From assembly GCF_036321535.1 (NCBI RefSeq), contig NC_087436.1, forward strand, positions 28,212,001 to 28,276,000: DNA of 64,000 nt. The letters run 5' to 3'. The DNA is from Camelus dromedarius (Eukaryota). The notes below the pieces were generated by a model. The model worked only from the letters and a program-made list of their open reading frames with translations, was not told the origin of the DNA and did no database searches. The translations under genes and the position numbers were made by a program. This document shows, piece after piece, positions 1-9,757 of the stretch. The stretch's first letter is position 1. Every line of letters begins with the position of its first letter.

Positions 1-1007
1 TTTTGGAAGTCTTTTAAAAAAATAAATTTTGAAACACAGCGTTTGGTACAGTGTCTGTAAATAGGGCATCTGTAAATGAATTCTGAAGCTTAAAGTTTAT
101 TTATGCCCTAGTAAATCTGTTTATGATCAAGAGTTGTTGTGGGGAAAACAAAGCTATGGACTTCGATAAAATTACTTTGGTTCCAGAAAGGTGGGAGAAG
201 GAAAGAACACAAAAATTTCAAGAGTAACTAAAATAAAGCAGGTGAAGAAAAACACTGGGAAAGCAGTTAAAGAGGAAGTAAAACAAGTAGCTTGAGTAAG
301 GAGAAGAGTTCTGCAGGAATTAAATTATGGAAGCTCATAGTGTATTAAATATTATTGAGCTTTAATGCTATGTAAGTAATTTTCAGTTGCATTAATTTCT
401 TAGATATAGTTTGCTTGTATGTGAATAAACTGTTGCAAAAAGATGAGATGAAAATGAGTTATTATTTTAAATAAAAATAAAAAGCTCTCTGACAGAAGAA
501 TTTTATTCTGGGGCAAGACATTGGAAAATTTTCTAGACAGGATTCATAAAAAGTAACATACTTAAAACACATTGTCACTATATTCTAAATTCATAGCTAA
601 AAGTTGGGGTATTTTCATAGACTTGGACGGCAACAACTTCAGCAATATTTCTTTCTCTTTTTTAACATTTGACATAGATGAAAGTAAATAGGCTTCTAAT
701 AATAATTGTTTTCACTTGAGTGCAGTGAAAATACTAGTGCAACCTAGATGAGGCTTTTAAAATATTACATTGATAGCACTTCATTATATTTAGAATAAAA
801 GTATCTACTGTCTTTTGAATATCTCAAAAATGATGTCAAATGTTAAAACTATATAATCATTAGAAAAGGATTTTTTTTATTCCAAAATTTTATTTCTATT
901 CCATCTGCTAATTTACCTATCATCAATTGATAACCAAAATATTTTAGCACATAGGATGTAAAACAGGATAAAAATTGTTCTTATCTCTTCCAAGTTTGTG
1001 GAGGTGG

Positions 1008-1011
<4 letters not shown>

Positions 1012-1043
<32 letters not shown>

Positions 1044-1058
1044 ACGCGCATGCATATG
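1012..1058. repeat. (GT)15 microsatellite extending into an alternating purine-pyrimidine tract
   Basis: gtgtgt... 1012-1042 followed by cacgcgcatgcatatg; strictly alternating R/Y. Confidence 0.95.
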
Positions 1059-2199
1059 AATGTGTGTGTGATTCTGCAAAAGATAAAAGATTTTCTTGAA
1101 AATACTGGGGCAGCTGCACTCTTTTCAGCCTGCTTCCTTTTTCATGAATACAAAAGTAGCATTTAACTTATCATTGTACTCAAGGGCTTATTTTATAAGC
1201 AATAGAGAAGCAGCTGGGAAAATGATTTTGTTACTTTTAGCATGGCTAGGTAATTAAAATTTTCTGGATTAGAGATATTTGAGTGTTTTCTATGTTGCTG
1301 ATGATAGTTCTTACTAATGATATTAGTGCAGTAATTTTCCAATTTCAAATGTTAAGTATTTTTGTGTGGTTAAGTGATTTTGTTGAGTCCTATAGGTAAA
1401 TTAAGTATGAAATTGAAGCCATGAACATTTGCAGGAAATTTTGTTCTTGTATTTCCAGCTGCTCAGTATTTCTATAGTATTTCCCCCCAACTACTGCTTT
1501 TTTGGGGGGTGAGGCAAAAGTTGTTCATGGGAAAGTGTAAGGAGCACCAAGTGGTACCATTTTTCTATCACCATAGAAACAGGAAAGGGACATTATACCA
1601 AAAAGAATAAAAGTAGCAAGATAATAGGTGAGAAACATAGCTGGATCACAGAAACTGAGTTTATGGCTGAAAAGAACACTGAGAAGTAATATATCTCACT
1701 TCTTCTTGGTCAGGAAATACTCCATTTAAGTCTCCCATAAAAACAAACAAAAAAACAGTACTTCATCTTCTGATGATTTCCAGAAATGAAAATTCCACGT
1801 TGCTCCCCACAGTCATTTACTGAAATGTATAATTACTATATTTGTGAAGATTATTAAAATCTATTATTGTAAAAGTTAACTTGAATTCGTGGTAGCTTTC
1901 CTCAATATATCCTTGAAGTATCAGTTGTCCTGATAATCTCCATTTTTCTTGACAAAGTAAGATTTGTTTCTTTGCATTTATACATAGGAGTTAAGTTTCT
2001 TCTAGTTTATTACTTTTCCTTTGAATCCTTTAGATTTGTAGACTAATTGCAATAGTGATCCCAAGTTTTGTTTATTTCAAATTGAATCTAATCATTAATA
2101 AACTACAGTAATATCTTGTCAGTCTTTATTCAACACAGTTTTTATCTATATTAATACATATCAGTAGGAGGAAGAATTAACAGTACTCCATTAAGAGGG

Positions 2200-3295
2200 A
2201 GTTTTAACTTCTCTAGGGATATTGGAAGTTAACAAATTTCACCACACATTCTGAAAAAACAAACAAACCAAAACAAACAGACAAACCCATACCAATCAAA
2301 ACAGAAAACAAATAAAATCAAACCACCTATAGCCTATATTCTACCGTATCAACAAAGCAGAGAACACAACAAACTCTAATTTCTGTTGTCTGTGAAGAAA
2401 TACAGATCTCTGATCAGCAGAGTTCTATGTTGAGTCTAAGCAAGAGTGGAGAATTAGGCGAGGGTTGGACTGGAGGGAGAGGAGCAGAGTCCTGATAGTG
2501 GACAAAAACATAAAACATTAACCAGGGTTATCCCAAGAGAGAGTTTTCACATTGTCTTAAAATATTAAAAACACCTCTGAGATCTGGTGGATCAAAGAAC
2601 AGACTGCTAGCATTCTTAAGTAGGCACTGTTTCTGGGAAAGGAAGAAGAAACAGAAAGGAAGGTGTTCCTCATAAGCATGGTAGCAGTAAAGTATGAGTG
2701 ATACTACAGTATAATAATATCAGAGATTCAGAAGAAATGTGTGTAATACATAATTTACTACCCAAATGAAGGCATAGTTTAATGAAATGTACCTAGAGAT
2801 AGAAATAGAATAAAACACACATACTAAAAAGCAAATTAATCACCCAAAACTTCTACAATTCCTCCCATTTTGAATCACCTATTGTTTTAGGACAATTCAA
2901 TGTAAATAAACTTGAATAAAAAGAGAATACAGCTCTCATTTGAAAAATAATGCGAAAAGAAAAAAAATAAAAGCTTTTCAGCGTATAACTATATTCCTGC
3001 TCCAACACATACATACACAAAGACGTGAAGGAAAGGAAGACTGGATCTTCATCCCAGCTTGAATCAAAAGTAATTTAAACAACACCAAAGATAGGAAGGA
3101 GCACTAAAATCAGAAGTTCATAATTTCAAAACAGATACAACAATCAAAAAGTGGTGAAATGATAGCTGATGGAACTCAAAAAAGAAATGGATGAAAAAGA
3201 CAAAATTGTCTCCCAAGTAAGTTCTGAATTTCATGGTGTCCAATGGAGAAGAGACTTATGAGTGAAATTACAGTAAAGAATATACAAAATAAAAC
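2200..3295 (+). mobile_element. Very old L1/HAL1-type 5' UTR-ORF1 remnant
   Basis: A-rich strand; 3166-3258 translates LMELKKEMDEKDKIVSQVSSEFHGVQWRRDL, resembling the coiled coil of L1ME/HAL1 ORF1p; boundaries approximate. Confidence 0.5.
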
Positions 3296-3299
3296 TGAA

Positions 3300-4160
3300 G
3301 TAGTTTCCTTCCTGGCACTCTAATAAATCTTCTCCAATAAGGCTGTGCTCCTACTCTTTCCAATAAAACAGCTCTTTTGAAGAGCACCATTAAATTGCAT
3401 ACTGGTAAATCCATTGGATAGTCATCATCCCTCGTAAGAAATCAACGTTTCTTTTTTATGGCTGAGGAGTATTCCATTGTATACATGTCTACATGTATGA
3501 CTGAAACATTATGCTGTACACCAGAAATTGACACAACATTGTAAACTGACTATACTTCAATTAAAAAAAAACATTTAAAAAGAAATCAACATTTTATACA
3601 AGTGGCCTCTCACTTCTCTTTGAGACTCTTCTCATTTTTAATTTGGCTTTAAAAATACCACTTTTTTGGTATTCCTCCTACCTCTGTGACTGCTGCTTCT
3701 CCATCTTACTTCTAATTTCTTCACTTCACCCAACCTGTAAATCCTTGGTTGCCACATAAATCAGTCCTCAATTATCATATTATAATTGCACTCAATTCGT
3801 TTGCTGATTTCATGCAATCTGGCTTTTCATAACATTTATTCACTGACAATTATAAAATGTGTAGGTCCAATCTCAAATTTTCTCCTGAACTACAGTCATT
3901 AAAAGTTTCTTTGAACAACACTTAACAATTTTTATATCTCCTCCTGCCCCTGGAACTTTAAATCCACTGTTGCAGTTTTATCTTTCTCTGTTAAACTCGT
4001 CACCATTTTACATTTTAAATATTTAATTATGTATTTCTTTGTTGTCTGTCTTTTGTATGATGCAAATTCTATGTATCACCAGTGCCTAGAGTTGTGTCTG
4101 GTACATTGTGTGTGTTTAGAAATATATCTTAAATATGGAATGAGTGAGTGATCAATAAAT
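3300..4160 (+). mobile_element. LINE-2 (L2) 3' portion, interrupted by a short L1 at 3447-3579
   Basis: L2 ORF2-like 'ctccaataaggct...aacagctctttt...aaatccattgg', 'ttcctcctacctctgtgactgctgcttctc'; L2 3' end 'tgtatcaccagtgcctag...tggaatgagtgagtga'. Confidence 0.8.
3447..3579 (+). mobile_element. Young 5'-inverted (twin-primed) L1 fragment with 11-bp TSD
   Basis: TSD aagaaatcaac at 3436-3446 and 3580-3590; 3447-~3487 is antisense L1 (rc: catgtatacaatggaatactcctcagccataaaaaagaaac); remainder is a sense L1 3' tail ending in an A-run. Confidence 0.9.
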
Positions 4161-4935
4161 CATTCAGCTGTGGGCTCAAAATCCATATTTGTTAAATAGG
4201 TACATAATTAGTGGACATAATTTACCACCACATGAAGATTAGTATTTAAAATAATATTTCTGAAACTGGTAATTTAATTGGTAATTTAATTTCTTTCTGT
4301 GAGGTACTTGGGAAAAGGTTATGATTAAACTATTTTGAGTTTAGGTTTAAGTTTCTGATAAGGTGGACATGATTTTATGCTTGACTGATCTTTGAATATT
4401 TGAATTTCAGATTGATTAGATTATTTTCAGTTTTACCAAGGATGCATATTTCACTTTTACTTTACTAATTTTGAAAAGAATCATATGAATTACTTTTAGT
4501 TCATCATTATTGCCTTCTTATACTGCCTGCATGATTCACTGATTTTTCACAATTCATATTTCACATTCCACTAATCACATATTTATAATTTTGTATATTT
4601 TTAAAAATAACATTACATCCTATGCAAAATGTACTATCACAGGAGTTAAACACAGGTAGATACACCCTGTTACCATTTTTTGTAAGGCTAAAAGATACAA
4701 AGTTGACTTTTACAATTATTTTTGTGTGTCACGTACCAATGAGAACTTTTATTATATTTGGCAAATTCCTGAGTTCCCTGCATCATGCATTGTGTTATGT
4801 TTCAAAGATATGTGTATTTATATATGCATACATCTGTGGGTATGTGTGTGTGTAAGGAACACTAAAGTACACAAGAAATTCCTGAGTTCCTTGAGTTTAT
4901 TGGCTCACTACAAGTAAACACAGATTGGAAGCATC

Positions 4936-5878
4936 TGTAGATGCTGTCAGTGTCCTGCTCACATCCTCTTAATTATGCTTTAGTGTACAACAGGTAGACT
5001 TCCAAATACCAGCACTGCAATTCTCTGGGCTTTCTCTAGCCCCTAGAGTCTGCTTTAGCTGCCCGCATGGCAGTCTAGAGGTGCTTTCAGAATCAGCCCT
5101 CAGTGGATAACTGGTGGAAATTTGTGTCTAAACCCCCAACTTGTTTATACCTTGGTGGGGAGTAGAATGTTCATAGGTATATACATATATACCTATATAA
5201 ATATGTATTCTACATTGCTCCTGGATTTATCCAAAAGAATCAAGTGGTAATTTATATGACAGTAATTTAATTAATAATGACACTGATTTTTCCTCTTTTC
5301 CTATCTCACTTTTCCACTCACTGTGCCGTCTAGGATCACCTGCTTATATCAGTTTCTTGTTGTTGCTATAACAAATTGTCACAAACTTAGTTGCTTAAAA
5401 CAGCACAGATTTATTATCTTATTGTTCCAGAGGTCAGAAATCCAAAATCAGTTTTGCTGGACTAATCTTGAGGTGTTGGCAGGTCTGTTCCATCTGGAGG
5501 CTCTAGGGAAGATATATACCCTTGCTTTTTCTAATGTCTAGGGGTAACCTTCATTCCTTGACTAGTGATATTCTAACTAGCATCACTCTGTCCTCTGAAT
5601 TTCATTGTCATATCTTCTACTGACTCACACTTGTAAGGACCTTGTGATTGCATCAGGCCCACCCAGATAATCCAGGATAATCTCTTTAATCCTGTGATAC
5701 TTCATTTACTTTAACCTGCAAGTCTCTTTTATCCTGTAAGATAATACAGTCACATGTTCCAAGGATTAAGCCCTAGATATTTTTGAGGAATTGCTCAGCT
5801 TACCACACATCTAAAATAAATTATATACACATTAGACCTTGCTACAGATTCTTCTTGACAATAACCCTTGGTCTAGAA
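4936..5878 (+). mobile_element. ERVL solo LTR (LTR16 family), split by an MLT1 insertion
   Basis: Starts tgtagatgctgtcagtgtcctgctcacatcc; 'ggatcacc' resumes after the MLT1 as 'catctaaaataaattat...ccttgctacaga...aaccc'. Confidence 0.7.
5345..5807 (-). mobile_element. MaLR solo LTR (MLT1D-like)
   Basis: 'gctataacaaattgtcacaaacttagttgcttaaaacagcacagatttatt', 'ggaggctctagggaaga', 'ggcccacccagataatccaggataatctc', ends 'cttaccaca'. Confidence 0.88.
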
Positions 5879-6236
5879 TGGTCTATGACATATTGTTCAG
5901 AAATTTTTCTAAATTTGCAAGTTTAGCAACAGACGGTGCCTTCACATTTCACTGCATTCTGAGCTAAAATATTTTTCATCTTATGTGATAATTTAATAAT
6001 AATTCTGATAATTTTAAGTAGTAAATGAACAAAGACAGTTTTTCTTGTGTTGTTCTAGTGTGTAGTTCTGGGGAATAGTGTTAGAGATTTCTGACCTAAC
6101 ATTTGTTCTATCAAGACTTCAGTGGTTGTCTTATCTCATTAAGCTTCATTAGTTATTGAAATCAAAGCTAAGAATCAATCCCTATAAGAAAAAATTTTAA
6201 AGGAAGTATTAATGATGATATTAATTGGAATAAAAA

Positions 6237-6455
6237 TACTAATAATAAAATCCAATATTTATGGAGTAGTTACTGTATGCAATACAAAGTTTCAGTGCTT
6301 TGTATGAATTATATCATTCAGTATTCTTAACAATAACTTGAGTTATAAATTATCTTACTTCCATTCTCCAAATGAGAAAATTGATATTAAGGAAGTTTTC
6401 CAAGGTCATATGGCTTGGAAAAGAATATATAGCTCAAAATCTAGACCGACTTGGA
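6237..6455 (-). mobile_element. MIR SINE
   Basis: 'ccattctccaaatgagaaaattgat...ttccaaggtcatatggc' is the antisense MIR core. Confidence 0.8.
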
Positions 6456-6697
6456 CAGGCTTTCTACTAGCATAAATGGTGATTTTGTTTAAAAAAATTA
6501 GAAAAAGATTAGAATTAGGAAAAAAAAGAATGCCCAATCTGGCAGACTAATTGAAAAACGTGCCCCTGCTTGCTGGGAAAACTAATTAGTTAAAATGTCA
6601 TTTCTTCCTCCAAAATGACAGTACATTCTGGGCTGGATTTTAGCCCCCTTGGCCAAAGGCCTTTGTTATGGACACAATCTGCACAGCTATTCACAGG
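6456..6697 (-). mobile_element. hAT-type MITE (MER91A-like)
   Basis: 'gggctggattttagccccc' and 'cacaatctgcacagctattcacagg' match the recalled MER91A reverse complement; 5' part 'cagg...ctagcat...aattagaaaaag'. Confidence 0.6.
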
Positions 6698-7011
6698 AAA
6701 AAGTCTTTTAAAGTAATTAAGTAATCTCTTCAACTTAACATAACCAATGTCTCAGCTTTGTCTATTGTGTCTGCTGTTCAGATTAAGACACATACTGGCA
6801 GATGGACTGCTAGAAATATATTTGCCCAAGAGAATAACCTTCTGGGGGGGGGGAAGAATCATCCAAAAGGAAGAGGGACAGTTGTAAAAAGTGTACCCCA
6901 GTCACTGGTAACAAATATTTAGTGATCTGGGAAAAGGGAAATTTATGCACTTATTCCCTAAATTACCCATCTTTTCATTTATTGAGTAACTAATACTTGT
7001 AAGCTGATAAT

Positions 7012-7165
7012 ATTTAGTCTTAGCGCTACCACTTAATAATTGTTTGATCTTTTATAGTTCCCTAACATTTCTCAGCCTCAGTTTGCTCATCTATTAAATT
7101 ACAATAATAATCTAACTCTTAGTACTTTTATGAAGATTAACTTATTATACCTGAAGCATAAAAAT
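7012..7165 (+). mobile_element. MIR SINE
   Basis: 'ctaccacttaataattg...ctcagcctcagtttgctcatctattaaa...tatgaagattaa'. Confidence 0.8.
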
Positions 7166-7199
7166 CACCATACTAAAAGAACTTTAAATAAATAACAAA

Positions 7200-8600
7200 A
7201 AGTAAATGTTTTAGGTAATATGTTAGGCACTGTACATACATATACATTTTCTGCTTGCTTTGTCAGGTACAGAAAGAACGTATCTTATAAGGTGATTATA
7301 ATTAATGTGAGAAGTGATAAGTCAGGAGTAAGTACAATGTGCTACAGTAGCATAAAGAAGAAAAACTCACCTAGATTTCACAAATGAAATTATATCTTAC
7401 CCAAGACCTGAAGAAAATGTGTCAATTTAATGAAAATGTAGATGGAGAGTACTAGTAGAGTCCATACATTGAGGGAAACATATTCCATAAGAGCAAGATT
7501 ATGTGCTAAGAATCAGAGTCCAGAGTGAAGAAATCTGTTACATCCAGGGAACGGTGAGTAGTTCAGTGTGAGAGAAACACTGTGGGGAGGAGTATAGGTA
7601 ATTAAGAAAAATGAGGCTTGAAACTATAGCACAGATTCTAATCTAAATGGTCCTTTACATTATGCCAAGTGGGGAATATGGAGTCACTAAAAGAATTTAA
7701 TCAGAGAATGTAATGATAAGATTTGGATGTTTAAGATAACTCTGTAAGAATGGAAAATGATTTATAGTGAGAAAAACCTAAAAACTATCCAGTCAGATGA
7801 TAGTCACAGAGAAACATAGTGGTAGTGAAGATTAGGAAATAAAAGAATAATGTCACAAGGTAATTAAAGATGTAAAATTGACAGGACTCACTGATTGAAC
7901 CTCAGAGTAAATGATTCATGATATGCTATACAATGATAGGAAACATGGAAGAAGAAGAAGAGGTTTGTGAAAGAAGATGAATAATTAGTGTAACAGATAC
8001 CCTTGCTGCGTGTATGTGGAAACTGTGTTCTCAGGCCACAGAAGAGAGGTCTGGGCTGTGGATATATTTTCAGAAGGTGTTGGCATCTGGTAACAATTGA
8101 AGGTATAGAAGTGGACAAGATATCTGGGGAGAAAGTGAGGATTGATAATGTATGAGGGTCTAGAACAGATTTTTGAAGAGCTTAAATACTACTAGTCTAG
8201 TATAGGAATCTTCCTCTGAACAGAATGGGAGTGAAGTAGAAGAAAACTCAAGAGAACTTGTGGTTTAGAAACCATGGGAAAAAGTGTTCCATGTAAGCAT
8301 GAGGGAGTTCAGTGCAAGTAGTAAGAATAGAAGTTTAATGATGAGGAAATAGAGTCAACAATTAATATTTCTCTAAAGAATTTTGATGTCAGAGTATAGG
8401 AGAATGTTAATACTGAAGATAAAATTGGCTTAAGGTTAAGGCAAAGTTATCTTTAAGATTGTGAATACTTGAGGTGTGAATGGTTACGGGAATGAGCACA
8501 AAGGAAGAAATGGAAGCTACAGAATGATACAGATGCAAAATTTAATATCAGTTTTAATACAGCCTCAGCAGGAGATAAATGGAATTGTGAACAAAGGTAG
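7200..8600 (-). mobile_element. LINE-2 fragment
   Basis: Purine-rich antisense L2: 'ggagtcactaaaagaatttaatcagagaatgtaatgataagattt', 'gagaggtctgggctgtggatatatttt', 'gtggtttagaaaccatgggaaaaagtgttcc'. Confidence 0.8.
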
Positions 8601-8629
8601 AGGGATAGATATTTTCACTCTATTACATC

Positions 8630-8858
8630 ATCAGGTATTTAAGTATTGTGTCAGGGTCTGTTCTAGGCATGTCAGATATAAAAGTTTAAAAAACAGAAGG
8701 AGTTTCATTCTGTTGATGGTAATTGTAAAGAAACAAATAAAATCATTAATAGCATAAAAAAACAGTGTGTTATAAGTAGCAAAATAGTATGGAAAGTAAA
8801 GCATGTATGGGGGATCAGGAGAACTGAGTGGGTTTGCAATTTAAAATTAGGTCATTGT
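8630..8858 (-). mobile_element. LINE-2 3' end (left part; continues at 14164 after the L1 insertion)
   Basis: 'tattgtgtcagggtctgttctaggc...ggtttgcaatttaaaattagg'; the L2 sequence continues colinearly at 14180 ('gcctttaatgaaaag...agccattcaaatatctgaggg...caggcatagaaaa'). Confidence 0.8.
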
Positions 8859-9757
8859 GCAACAGATGCAAGAATAGGGGGAATCAAAATAGCAGAGTAG
8901 GGAGACCTTGAACTCATCTCCTCTCATGGACACATCAAAAGTACGACTTAATTATGAACAAGCCTCTCTGAGAATGACCTGAAGACTAGCAGAACAGCTC
9001 TTCCACAATTAAGGATATAAAACAAGGTCCACATCAAGAGACAGGTAGAAGGGGAAGAGAAGTGATCTAGTCAGGACTCAGAATCCCAAAGGGTGACCCA
9101 AAAGGGGAAAGAGATATCACAAACTTGGAGGTCCTCCTTAAGGAGCAAGGGCTTGAGCCCCACATTTTGGAGCCCAGCCCTGGAGGCTTGCATCAGAAAG
9201 AAGAGCCCCCTTAACTGGTTTGAAAACCAGTGGGGCTTATGAGTAGAAGAGTTGGAGGGCTGCAGGAAACCTGAGACTCTGTTCTTAAAAGGCGCAAGCT
9301 TACTCATACTGAGTCCCAGCACAAGAGGCAGCAGTTTGAAAAATACCTGGTGTCCTAGCTGTCCTTTATAAAGGCAGAGGATCACCACTTAAAAAGCTAG
9401 TATGAGGTTAAAAGACAAAAGTTATAAAATAAACTGTAACTACAGTAAGTTGTTAAGGGATGCACAAAAGATGTAAAGTATAATGTCAGATGTTAAACAC
9501 ATTTTATAATGTGCTTGAACTTAAAGGACTAACAGTTTAAAACATATCTATAGATATAGAAATAGATAGCAATATTGATATAGATAAACCTCATAGTAAC
9601 CACAAATCAAAAACCTATAATAGATACACAGAAAACAAAGAGGGAGGAATTCAAGCATAATACTAAAGAAAATCATTAAACCACAAGGGAAGAGACCAAA
9701 CGAAGAAGAGAAGAACAAAGAAGAACTAGAAAAACAACCAGTAAAAAAGGTAACAAA

